From contig RSEE01000158.1 of NCBI GenBank assembly GCA_003971905.1, positions 1 to 64,000 on the forward strand: 64,000 nt of DNA, in the 5' to 3' direction. Of the stretch, positions 1 to 11,181 are shown in pieces. This DNA comes from Moniliella sp. 'wahieum'. Lineage: Eukaryota. The notes under the pieces were generated by a model. The model did not search any database. It saw nothing but the letters and a program-made list of their open reading frames with translations, and was not told where the DNA came from. Position numbers and translations under genes: made by a program. Position 1 is the stretch's first letter. Every line of letters starts with the position of its first letter.

Positions 1-11
1 AACCCTAACCC
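1..11 (+). repeat. Telomeric repeat seed (CCCTAA)n at the window start
   Basis: AACCCTAACCC is the C-rich strand at the 5' end, as expected for a left telomere. It is absent from the homologous position of copies 2 and 3 (GGTGCGCCGCCGGTTC). Only ~2 units are visible. Confidence 0.6.
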
Positions 12-2642
12 GGGTTCAAGGAGGCGGCCGGACGCATGGGCCGCGGTACCTCGCGCGCCCCTCGGACCACGCCGTGTTCAACCTGCTGGCGCTGCCCAAG
101 TGCGGCCTGCAGGGCGACTCGTCGTCGACCGTGTGTGCGTCGCTGCGTGCCTACCCCGAGGTGCCCTGGCCGCAGGCGGCCAAGCGTCCGACGCGCGAGA
201 TGCGCCGGCGCGATGTGCTGGACAAGGCCCACGCCAAGTGACGCAGGGCATGCTCGGCCGCGCGGTCCGGACGCTGGAAGCGGACCAGGACACGGGTGTC
301 ACTGACCGAGGCGACGTACCAGTCGCTGCAGGACAAGCACCGACCGGCCCGCGCAACCCGATGGCCGGTGTTGTGGTCCGGCAGGTTGCGAGCGCCGCCG
401 CCGACGCTGACCGGCGACGCGATCGAGGACGACGAGGGCCACCTGCTGGAAGATCTCGAGGTTCAAGACAAGGATGTGGACCGTGCTGCTAGCTCTCCCG
501 CGACGTGGGAGGCGGCGTCAGTGGCTGGTCCCAGCCGCTGTGCGGCTCGCGCTCCAGCACGACGACTTCAAGGCGGCGGTCAAGTCGATGGCCACCGCCA
601 TGTAGCGGGCACCTGCCCCGGCGCCCAGCTGCTCTGCACCAGCAGGCTCACGGCTCTTGCCAAGCCGGACGGGGTGTGCGCCCCATTGCCTGTGGGGAGC
701 TCCTACCGGCTCCTGGCCAAGATCCTCCTGCTGCACATCGACGTCCGCTCGCCCTCTTGCGCACCCAGCTGGGTGTCAAGTCCAAGGGCGGCGTGGAGCC
801 GATTGTGCGGCTGCTGGACCGCGTCGTCACCGGAGGCGACCAAGGCAACGGCCCCGCGTGGGAGGACCGGTTCAAGTATGTGACGTCGCTCGACTTAAGA
901 ACGCGTTCAACAGCGTGGACCGACATGTGATGGCGCAGGCCGTCAACGACCACTGCCGCGAGCTGGTGCCCTTCTACCGCTGGGCATACGGACACGGACA
1001 GCACACGCAGCTGGTCGCGGGCGGTGCGGGGAACGTGCGCACGATTGTCAGCCAGCAAGGCGTCCGGCAAGGCGATCCCTTTGGCCCCTTTTTCTTTTCC
1101 GTCGCGATCCGGGACACGCTCGCCGCGGCGCAGCGCGCGCTCGGCGACGCAGGTGTGGTCGTGTCCTACCTGGACGACACCTACCTGCTGTCGCGCGAGC
1201 CAACGCACTGTCGCTCGTGTCGGGCGCCTGAAGCACGGAAAGACGGGGCTGGAGCTCAACGTGGCCAAGACCAGCGTCACCAGCGTGCAAGAGATGCAGG
1301 CCCAGGGTGCCAGGTCCTCGGCTCGTGCATTGGGCCCCGGGACGCCCGCCTGGCCTTTCTGCGGGACAAGATTGCGGACCAAGCCTCCCGCTACCCCGCC
1401 CTGCATGGCCTTGCACTGCAGGACCGGCTGCTGCTCTTGCGGTCGTGCCTGCAGCACAACCTCCGCCACCTGCTGCGCTGCATGCGGACTGACGATCTCG
1501 CGGAGGAGCTGGCGCCGCGAGATTGATGGGCAGCTGTGGCAAGAGGTCAAGGCCATCCGGGGCGCCGACCCGAACGACGTGGAGGGACAACGGTGGGACG
1601 AAGCTCTTCTTTCCCTGCCCGCCCGCAGTGGCGGGCTTGGCTTCTTCTCCCACCTCGACGTTGCCCCACACGCGCGGGGCGGCCTCATGCGAGGAGGCGG
1701 ATGTGTGGGTGGAAAAGGTGATTGCTGGCTGCCGACCGGAGAGAGAGAGAGAGAGAGACGCGCCAGCCGCCACGCGACAGTCGCAGCGGGAACGGACGAC
1801 CGCCATGTTTGCCGACCAACAGGCGAAGCTACTGACCGAGCTGCCGCCCGAGTTGGGCCACCGGCTGCTAGAGAACGCCGAAGCGCTCAACCGGACGTGG
1901 ATGTCGGTGGTGCCCTCGACTCCAGCTTTAAACGCTTCCTGACCACGAGGTCATGGCTGGACTACACCTCCGCACCCTCTGCCGGCACGCCGCCGTCTGC
2001 CGGAACTGCAACGGACCCTGCCCAGATGTGGGGCACCTGCAGTCCTGCAACCGGTGGCGCTCGATTGGCAACTACCGCCATGAGATGCTCCGACGCTGCA
2101 TCGTCAACCTGGCCCGGCACATTCCGGCCACCGAGGTGGAGACCGAGCCCTTCACCCAGCCGCAGCGCCCCGGGCGCTACGACCGCACCGCCAACCGCAC
2201 CGACATCAAGCTGACAGGAACCGGTGCCTCCAAGGGCACCTCGACATGCTACGACCTGACGTTTTGGTCTTTCGGGAACAAGACGCGCGACGCCGACATG
2301 CGCCGCGTCCGCCAGCAACTCGCCGCCACCACGCCGGCGCCCGAGCTGCGCAGGAAGGAGATGGATGTGTTTGTCGAGACCGCCGCCAAGGACAAGCACC
2401 GCAAGTACGACGCGATTACTACAGGTGCTTTTGTGCCCTTGGTCTTTACCGCAGGCGGCTACGCCCACGGCGAGGCCAAGGCTGCTTTGGCGCACTGGAA
2501 GGGGGAGGCGAACGCCGGTGCCTACCGCACGTTCACCGCCCTCTTTTCGTCCTGGCTCTTGCGTTGTGCGGTACAAGGCATGCGAGTCGCCCCTTCCCAC
2601 CGCGCCACCCCACGGATGGCGGGGAGGGGGCGATACTCGTAG
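12..2642 (+). CDS. RT-RLE polyprotein, 5'-truncated; frameshifts probably sequencing indels
   Basis: ORF pieces 657-1526 (RT core) and 1953-2642 (Zn knuckle plus PD-(D/E)xK-type endonuclease); stop TAG ends at 2642. Confidence 0.8.
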
Positions 2643-2710
2643 AGCCCCGCGCGGCGTAAGCCCAGATGGCGTACACCCCATCCTCGGTACTACTCCTGTC
2701 AGAGCGTTTT
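12..2710 (+). mobile_element. CRE-clade (Cnl1/MoTeR/SLACS-like) RLE non-LTR retrotransposon, copy 1, lacking the first ~1.3 kb
   Basis: Near-identical to 4273-6953. RT motifs QQGVRQGDPFGPFFFS and YLDD; C-terminal CRNC-x8-H-x3-C, RHE, RTDIKL, YDLTF, KHRKY, FVPLVFTAGG. Confidence 0.92.
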
Positions 2711-2774
2711 AGGCGCCAGAAAATGCACCCCCGGGATAACTGGCTTGTGGCAGCCAAGCGTTCATAGCGACGTT

Positions 2775-2810
<36 letters not shown>

Positions 2811-2864
2811 GCCGTAGCAAAATTCGGCAAGCGTTGGATTGTTCACCCACCAATAGGGAACGTG

Positions 2865-2902
<38 letters not shown>

Positions 2903-2958
2903 TCCTACCGTAACACGCGAGTCGACAGTAGTTCCGGCGAGTACGAGAGGAACACCGG
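2711..2958 (+). rRNA. 28S/LSU rRNA segment (PTC, H89-H93, sarcin-ricin loop H95), duplicate 1
   Basis: GGGATAACTGGCTTGTGGCAGCCAAGCGTTCATAGCGACG...GATGTCGGCTCTTCCTATCAT...GGGTTTAGACCGTCGTGAGACAGGTTAGTTTTA...AGTACGAGAGGAAC are universal eukaryotic LSU signatures. Confidence 0.95.
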
Positions 2959-5900
2959 CGCCGCTGTGAACCTGTGCTTGACGGAGCTACGGCGCGGGAC
3001 TACGAGACGACGCTACGGACTACGATGCGCGAAGAAGGAAACGTTTTGGTGCTCGCGTGCCGCACTGCGGGCTGTGCTCCCGCTACGGCCATGTGGACGC
3101 TGGTTGCCAGTCGGTGGTGACGACGGGGAAGCTCTGTGGCGTGTGCCACACCCCGGGCCACCGGCGGGACCAGTGCCAGGAGCTGGTTGACCAGTCGATC
3201 AGGCGCATGGCCGAGCAAGCCGGAGCGGAGCCGCACGATGTGGCCTTGGATGCGGCGGCCATTGTGGCCATGCGCCGAGCGACTGGGCATTGCCGCTGCG
3301 CGAGCGGCGTGCCCGTCGGCGCCCCCAGGACCGCCTCCTGGGCCAGGAACCAACAAGCGTGCCCGAAGCCCAGCCCCCTGACCAGCTCGGACGGGGAGGC
3401 AGACGACGACTGGGTGGACCAAGCCGCAGCCGCGCCGCCGCGCCGCTCGGAGCGCAGAGCCGCCGCCAACGCGGCGTTTGCGCGCCAGGCGACGCTCCTG
3501 GCCGCCGCCGCCGCTGTGCCCCTCCCCTCGTCGCCGCGGAGCTCGCCCTTGTCTTCGCCACGGCCGTCCGATGTGTCGACCAGCTCGGCCCCCCCCTCGC
3601 CCGCTCGCCCCGCCGCGGCGCTCCCGCCGGGTGTGGTGTCTGGTGAAGATCTTCTGCGCCGCCCGCCCCAGGTCCGCCCTGGGGCGGATTCCGGCGTGGG
3701 TGATGTCACCGGTGCCGCGCCCGCTGCGGCGCCCACGGGTGATGATAGCTCGGACGATGAGATTGCCCGCCTGCGACTTTTGTCCTCCCACCCCCTCCCC
3801 CCTCACCCCCACCCAAGACGTGCTCGCCACCCCCCCCCCACCTCCCGCCCGTTCATTGACTTTGACCCTCTCGACTTTGCCGCGGCGGCCGCGCGCTGTT
3901 CGCCGAGTCGCCCTCGCCTGCGCCTGACGCTGCTGCCGAGGAGCGTGGGGCCACCGGCGCTGCCCCCGCGGGCAGCGCCGACCCGCGTTTGACGCGCAGT
4001 TCCAGGAGCTGCTGCAGGAGCAGCAGTGCCCGCGCCCGCGGCGCGCCGCACCGTGGCGCCCGTGGCGCCCGCCCGAAGTGACGGCCGGCGACGCCCGCCG
4101 CGCGGCCCGTGCCCAGCTCTCGCCCTCGCCCGCGCCCCCGCCCGTCGACCTGCCCGCCGACCCGACGCTCGTGCCCGGGTGGCGCGACCAGCGCCCGCAC
4201 GCTCAAGAAGCGCTTTGCCTCGCTGGCAGAGTGTGCCGCGCCCTCCTGGCCCGGCAGCACCATGGTGCGCCGCCGGTTCAAGGAGGCGGCCGGACGCATG
4301 GGCCGCGCGTACCTCGCGCGCCCCTCGGACCACGCCGTGTTCAACCTGCTGGCGCTGCCCAAGTGCGGCCTGCAGGGCGACTCGTCGTCGACCGTGTGTG
4401 CGTCGCTGCGTGCCTACCCCGAGGTGCCCTGGCCGCAGGCGGCCAAGCGTCCGACGCGCGAGATGCGCCGGCGCGATGTGCTGGACAAGGCCCACGCCAA
4501 GTGACGCAGGGCATGCTCGGCCGCGCGGTCCGGACGCTGGAAGCGGACCAGGACACGGTGTCACTGACCGAGGCGACGTACCAGTCGCTGCAGGACAAGC
4601 ACCCGACGGCCCAGCGCAACCGATGGCCGGTGTTGTGGTCCGGCAGGTTGCCGAGCGCCCGCCGACGCTGACCGGCGACGCGATCGAGGACGACGAGGGC
4701 CACCTGCTGGAAGATCTCGAGGTTCAAGACAAGGATGTGGACCGTGCTGCTGCTAGCTTCTCCCGCGACGTGGGAGGCGGGTCAGTGGCTGGTCCCAGCC
4801 GCTGCTGCGGCTCGCGCTCCAGCACGACGACTTCAAGGCGGCGGTCAAGTCGATGGCCACCGCCATGTACGCGGGCACCTGCCCCGGCGCCCAGTGCTCT
4901 GCACCAGCAGGCTCACGGCTTGCCAAGCCGGACGGAGGTGTGCGCCCCATTGCCTGTGGGGAGCTCCTCTACCGGCTCCTGGCCAAGATCCTCCTGCTGC
5001 ACATCGACGTCCGCTCCCCTCTTGCGCACCCAGCTGGGTGTCAAGTCCAAGGGCGGCGTGGAGCCGATTGTGCGGCTGCTGGACCGCGTCGTCACCGGAG
5101 GCGACCAAGGCAACGGCCCCGCGTGGGAGGACCGGTTCAAGTATGTGACGTCGCTCGACTTTAAGAACGCGTTCAACAGCGGGACCGACATGTGATGGCG
5201 CAGGCCGTCAACGACCACTGCCGCGAGCTGGTGCCCTTCTACCGCTGGGCATACGGACAGCACACGCAGCTGGTCGCGGGCGGTGCGGGGAACGTGCGCA
5301 CGATTGTCAGCCAGCAAGGCGTCCGGCAAGGCGATCCCTTTGGCCCTTTTTCTTTTCCGTCGCGATCCGGGACACGCTCGCCGCGGCGCAGCGCGCGCTC
5401 GGCGACGCAGGTGTGGTCGTGTCCTAGGACGACACCTACCTGCTGTCGCGCGAGCCCAACGCACTGTCGTCGTGTCGGGCGCCCTGAAGCACGGAAAGAC
5501 GGGGCTGGAGCTCAACGTGGCCAAGACCAGCGTCACCAGCGTGCAAGAGATGCAGGCCCAGGGTGCCAAGGTCCTCGGCTCGTGCATTGGGCCCCGGGAC
5601 GCCCGCCTGGCCTTTCTGCGGGACAAGATTGCGGACCAAGCCTCCCGCTACCCCGCCCTGCATGGCCTTGCACTGCAGGACGGCTGCTGCTCTTGCGGTC
5701 GTGCCTGCAGCACAACCTCCGCCACCTGCTGCGCTGCATGCGGACTGACGATCTCGCGGAGGAGCGCGCGAGATTGATGGGCAGCTGTGGCAAGAGGTCA
5801 AGGCCATCCGGGGCGCCGACCCGAACGACGTGGAGGGACAACGGTGGGACGAAGCTCTTCTTTCCCTGCCCGCCCGCAGTGGCGGGCTTGGCTTCTTCTC

Positions 5901-6953
5901 CCACCTCGACGTTGCTCCCCACGCGCGGGCGGCCTCATGCGAGGAGGCGGATGTGGGGTGGAAAAGGTGATTGCTGGCTGCCGACCGGAGAGAGAGAGAG
6001 AGAGAGACGCGCCAGCCGCCACGCGACAGTCGCAGCGGGAACGGACGACCGCCATGTTTGCCGACCAACAGGCGAAGCTACTGACCGAGCTGCCGCCCGA
6101 GTTGGGCCACCGGCTGCTAGAGAACGCCGAAGCGCTCAACCGGACGTGGATGTCGGTGGTGCCTCGACTCCAGCTTTAACGCTTCCTGACCACGAGGTCA
6201 TGGCTGGACTGCACCTCCGCACCTCTGCCGGCACGCCGCCGTCTGCCGGAACTGCAACGGACCCTGCCCAGATGTGGGGCACCTGCAGTCCTGCAACGGT
6301 GGCGCTCGATTGGCAACTACCGCCATGAGATGCTCCGACGCTGCATCGTCAACCTGGCCCGGCACATTCCGGCCACCGAGGTGGAGACCGAGCCCTTCAC
6401 CCAGCCGCAGCGCCCCGGGCGCTACGACCGCACCGCCAACCGCACCGACATCAAGCTGACAGGAACCGGTGCCTCCAAGGGCACCTCGACATGCTACGAC
6501 CTGACGTTTTGGTCTTTCGGGAACAAGACGCGCGACGCCGACATGCGCCGCGTCCGCCAGCAACTCGCCGCCACACGCCGGCGCCCGAGCTGCGCAGGAA
6601 GGAGATGGATGTGTTTGTCGAGACCGCCGCCAAGGACAAGCACCGCAAGTACGACGCGATTACTACAGGTGCTTTTGTGCCCTTGGTCTTTACCGCAGGC
6701 GGCTACGCCCACGGCGAGGCCAAGGCTGCTTTGGCGCACTGGAAGGGGGAGGCGAACGCCGGTGCCTACCGCACGTTCACCGCCTCTTTTCGTCCTGGCT
6801 CTTGCGTTGTGCGGTACAAGGCATGCGAGTCGCCCTTCCCACCGCGCCACCCCCACGGATGGCGGGGAGGGGGCGATACTCGTAGAGCCCCGCGCGGCGT
6901 AAGCCCAGATGGCGTACACCCCATCCTCGGTACTACTCCTGTCAGAGCGTTTT
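2959..6953 (+). mobile_element. CRE-clade RLE non-LTR retrotransposon, copy 2, full length (~4.0 kb)
   Basis: Bounded on both sides by the same LSU segment. Contains two N-terminal CX2CX4HX4C knuckles, a Pro/Ala/Ser linker, RT and RLE. Confidence 0.93.
3025..6885 (+). CDS. Zn-knuckle/RT/RLE polyprotein (~1280 aa if indels are corrected; start uncertain)
   Basis: CGLCSRYGHVDAGC and CGVCHTPGHRRDQC; LAKPDGGVRPIACGELLYRLLAKILL; SLDFKNAFNS; GVRQGDP; GLELNVAKT; RLE motifs; TAG ends at 6885. Confidence 0.8.
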
Positions 6954-7017
6954 AGGCGCCAGAAAATGCACCCCCGGGATAACTGGCTTGTGGCAGCCAA
7001 GCGTTCATAGCGACGTT

Positions 7018-7052
<35 letters not shown>

Positions 7053-7095
7053 GCCGTAGCAAAATTCGGCAAGCGTTGGATTGTTCACCACCAAT

Positions 7096-7142
<47 letters not shown>

Positions 7143-7196
7143 TCCTACCGTAACACGCGAGTCGACAGTAGTTCCGGCGAGTACGAGGAACACCGG
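6954..7196 (+). rRNA. 28S/LSU rRNA segment (PTC to sarcin-ricin loop), duplicate 2
   Basis: Same as 2711-2958 apart from small indels, with identical junctions on both sides. Confidence 0.95.
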
Positions 7197-10100
7197 CGCC
7201 GCCTGTGAACCTGTGCTTGACGGAGCTACGGCGCGGGACTACGAGACGACGCTACGGACTACGATGCGCGAAGAAGGAAACGTTTTGGTGCCTCGCGTGC
7301 CGCACGGGCTGTGCTCCGCTACGGCCATGTGGACGCTGGTTGCCAGTCGGTGGTGACGACGGGGAAGCTCTGTGGCGTGTGCCACACCCGGGCCACCGGC
7401 GGGACCAGTGCCAGGAGCTGGTTGACCAGTCGATCAGGGATGGCCGAGCAAGCCGGAGCGGAGCCGCACGATGTGGCCTTGGATGCGGCGGCCATTGTGG
7501 CCCATGCGCCCGAGCGATGGGCATTGCCGCTGCGCGAGCGGCGTGCCCGTCGGCGCCCCCAGGACCGCCTCCTGGGCCAGGAACCAACAAGCGTGCCCGA
7601 AGCCCCAGCCCCCTGACCAGCTCGGACGGGGAGGCAGACGACGACTGGGTGGACCAAGCCGCAGCCGCGCCGCCGCGCCGCTCGGAGCGCAGAGCCGCCG
7701 CCAACGCGGCGTTTGCGCGCCAGGCGACGCTCCTGGCCGCCGCCGCTGTGCCCCTCCCCTCGTCGCCGCGGAGCTCGCCCTTGTCTTCGCCACGGCCGTC
7801 CGATGTGTCGACAGCTCGGCCCCCCCTCGCCCGCTCGCCCCGCCGCGGCGCTCCCGCCGGGTGTGGTGTCTGGTGAAGATCTTCTGCGCCGCCCGCCCCA
7901 GGTCCGCCCTGGGGCGGATTCCGGCGTGGGTGATGTCACCGGTGCCGCGCCCGCTGCGGCGCCCACGGGTGATGATAGCTCGGACGATGAGATTGCCCCG
8001 CCTGCGACTTTTGTCCTCCCCACCCCTCCCCCCCTCACCCCCACCCAAGACGTGCTCGCCACCCCCCCCCACCTCCCCGCCGTTCATTGACTTTGACCCT
8101 CTCGACTTTGCCGCGGCGGCCGCGCGCCTGTTCGCCGAGTCGCCTCGCCTGCGCCTGACGCTGCTGCCGAGGAGCGTGGGGCCACCGGCGCTGCCCCCGC
8201 GGGCAGCGCCGACCCGCGTTTGACGCGCAGTTCCAGGAGCTGCTGCAGGAGCAGCACGTGCCCGCGCCCGCGGCGCGCCGCACCCGTGGCGCCCGTGGCG
8301 CCCGCCCGCACGTGCCGGCCGGCGCGCCCCCGCCGCGCGGCCGTGCCCAGCTCTCGCCCTCGCCCGCGCCCCCGCCCGTCGACCTGCCCGCCGACCCGAC
8401 GCTCGTGCCCGGTGGCGCGACCAGCGCCCGCACGCTCAAGAAGCGCTTTGCCTCGCTGGCAGAGTGTGCCGCGCCCTCCTGGCCCGGCAGCACCATGGTG
8501 CGCCGCCGGTTCAAGGAGGCGGCCGGACGCATGGGCCGCGCGTACCTCGCGCGCCCCTCGGACCACGCCGTGTTCAACCTGCTGGCGCTGCCCAAGTGCG
8601 GCTGCAGGGCGACTCGTCGTCGACCGTGTGTGCGTCGCTGCGTGCCTACCCGAGGTGCCCTGGCCGCAGGCGGCCAAGCGTCCGACGCGCGAGATGCGCC
8701 GGCGCGATGTGCTGGACAAGGCCCACCGCCAAGTGACGCAGGGCATGCTCGGCCGCGCGGTCCGGACGCTGGAAGCGGACCAGGACACGGTGTCACTGAC
8801 CGAGGCGACGTACCAGTCGCTGCAGGACAAGCACCCGACCGGCCCGCGCAACCCGATGGCCGGTGTTGTGGTCCGGCAGGTTGCCGAGCGCCGCCGCGAC
8901 GCTGACCGGCGACGCGATCGAGGACGACGAGGGCCACCTGCTGGAAGATCTCGAGGTTCAAGACAAGGATGTGGACCGTGCTGCTGCTAGCTTCTCCGCG
9001 ACGTGGGAGGCGGCGTCAGTGGCTGGTCCCAGCCGCTGCTGCGGCTCGCGCTCCAGCACGACGACTTCAAGGCGGCGGTCAAGTCGATGGCCACCGCCAT
9101 GTACGCGGGCACCTGCCCCGGCGCCCAGCTGCTCTGCACCAGCAGGCTCACGGCTTGCCAAGCCGGACGGAGGTGTGCGCCCCATTGCCTGTGGGGAGCT
9201 CCTCTACCGGCTCCTGGCCAAGATCCTCCTGCTGCACATCGACGTCCGCTCGCCCCTCTTGCGCACCCAGCTGGGTGTCAAGTCCAAGGGCGGCGTGGAG
9301 CCGATTGTGCGGCTGCTGGACCGCGTCGTCACCGGAGGCGACCAAGGCAACGGCCCCGCGTGGGAGGACCGGTTCAAGTATGTGACGTCGCTCGACTTTA
9401 AGAACGCGTTCAACAGCGTGGACCGACATGTGATGGCGCAGGCCGTCAACGACCACTGCCGCGAGCTGGTGCCCTTCTACCGCTGGGCATACGGACAGCA
9501 CACGCAGCTGGTCGCGGGCGGTGCGGGGAACGTGCGCACGATTGTCAGCCAGCAAGGCGTCCGGCAAGGCGATCCCTTTGGCCCCTTTTTCTTTTCCGTC
9601 GCGATCCGGGACACGCTCGCCGCGGCGCAGCGCGCGCTCGGCGACGCAGGTGTGGTCGTGTCCTACCTGGACGACACCTACCTGCTGTCGGCGGAGCCCA
9701 ACGCACGTCGCTCGTGTCGGGGCCCTGAAGCACGGAAAGACGGGGCTGGAGCTCAACGTGGCCAAGACCAGCGTCACCAGCGTGCAAGAGATGCAGGCCC
9801 AGGGTGCCAAGGTCCTCGGCTCGTGCATTGGGCCCCGGGACGCCCGCCTGGCCTTTCTGCGGGACAAGATTGCGGACCAAGCCTCCCGCTACCCCGCCCT
9901 GCATGGCCTTGCACTGCAGGACCGGCTGTGCTCTTGCGGTCGTGCCTGCAGCACAACCTCCGCCACTGCGCGCTGCATGCGGACTGACGATCTGCGGAGG
10001 AGCTGCGCGAGATTGATGGGCAGCTGTGGCAAGAGGTCAAGGCCATCCGGGGCGCGACCCGAACGACGTGGAGGGACAACGGTGGGACGAAGCTCTTCTT

Positions 10101-11181
10101 CCCTGCCCGCCGCAGTGGCGGGCTTGGCTTTCTCCCACCTCGACGTGCTCCCCACGCGCGGGCGGCCTCATGCGAGGAGGCGGATGTGTGGGTGGAAAAG
10201 GTGATTGCTGGCTGCCGACCGGAGGAGAGAGAGAGAGAGAGACGCGCCAGCCGCACGCGACAGTCGCAGCGGGAACGGACGACCGCCATGTTTGCGACCA
10301 ACAGGCGAAGCTACTGACCGAGCTGCCGCCCGAGTTGGGCCACCGGCTGCTAGAGAACGCCGAAGCGCTCAACGGACGTGGATGTCGGTGGTGCCCTCGA
10401 CTCCAGCTTTAACGCTTCCTGACCACGAGGTCATGGCTGGACTACACCTCCGCACCCTCTGCCGGCACGCCGCCGTCTGCCGGAACTGCAACGGACCTGC
10501 CCAGATGTGGGGCACCTGCAGTCCTGCAACCGGTGGCGCTCGATTGGCAACTACCGCCATGAGATGCTCCGACGCTGCATCGTCAACCTGGCCCGGCACA
10601 TTCCGGCCACCGAGGTGGAGACCGAGCCCTTCACCCAGCCGCAGCGCCCCGGGCGCTACGACCGCACCGCCAACCGCACCGACATCAAGCTGACAGGAAC
10701 CGGTGCCTCCAAGGGCACCTCGACATGCTACGACCTGACGTTTTGGTCTTTCGGGAACAAGACGCGCGACGCCGACATGCGCCGCGTCCGCCAGCAACTC
10801 GCCGCCACCACGCCGGCGCCCGAGCTGCGCAGGAAGGAGAGGATGTGTTTGTCGAGACCGCCGCCAAGGACAAGCACCGCAAGTACGACGCGATTACTAC
10901 AGGTGCTTTTGTGCCCTTGGTCTTTACCGCAGGCGGCTACGCCCACGGCGAGGCCAAGGCTGCTTTGGCGCACTGGAAGGGGGAGGCGAACGCCGGTGCC
11001 TACCGCACGTTCACCGCCCTCTTTCGTCCTGGCTCTTGCGTTGTGCGGTACAAGGCATGCGAGTCGCCCCTTCCCACCGCGCCACCCCACGGATGGGGGG
11101 AGGGGGCGATACTCGTAGAGCCCGCGCGGCGTAAGCCAGATGGCGTACACCCCACTCGGACTACTCCTGTCAGAGCGTTTT
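7197..11181 (+). mobile_element. CRE-clade RLE non-LTR retrotransposon, copy 3, full length
   Basis: Near-identical to copy 2. ORF 8863-9987 holds an uninterrupted RT core (LAKPDGGVRPIACGE...LDFKNAFNSVDR...QGVRQGDPFGP...YLDD). Confidence 0.93.
7264..11118 (+). CDS. Zn-knuckle/RT/RLE polyprotein, copy 3 (apparent indel frameshifts)
   Basis: ORF pieces 7205-7876, 8863-9987, 10507-11118 and 10725-11183 carry the same motifs as copy 2. Confidence 0.8.

Noticed and set aside
2634..2705. 3' UTR as the upstream LSU helices H86-H88
   Set aside because: It lacks the conserved GAAAG..GGCCTA.CGATCC motif and the spacing does not fit.
2711..2958. X as merely an rRNA-derived UTR captured by the element, unrelated to real rDNA
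   Set aside because: After copy 3 the LSU runs on seamlessly to its 3' end, IGS and 5S, so X is in situ target sequence.
2900..3030. Hammerhead or HDV-like ribozyme at the element 5' end
   Set aside because: No CTGANGA/GAAA core, and I could not build a convincing HDV pseudoknot by eye; left unclaimed pending a covariance search.
2959..6953. R2 element, group I intron with homing endonuclease, or group II intron
   Set aside because: The R2 target (TTAAGGTAGCCA) is not at the junctions, the RT motifs are CRE-like, no LAGLIDADG or His-Cys motif or intron ends were seen, and introns do not duplicate 248 bp of exon.
648..10800. Long antisense and alternative-frame ORFs over the elements, and similar ones elsewhere (e.g. 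15802-16764, 45501-46395, 62454-63413)
   Set aside because: Arg/Pro/Gly/Ala-rich shadow ORFs expected in high-GC DNA, with no recognisable motifs.
12..11181. Element copies as dead pseudogenes because of many frameshifts
   Set aside because: Indels mostly differ between copies with almost no substitutions, and housekeeping genes (RPS24, IDP1, PDC, ALG10) show the same indels, so long-read error is more likely.
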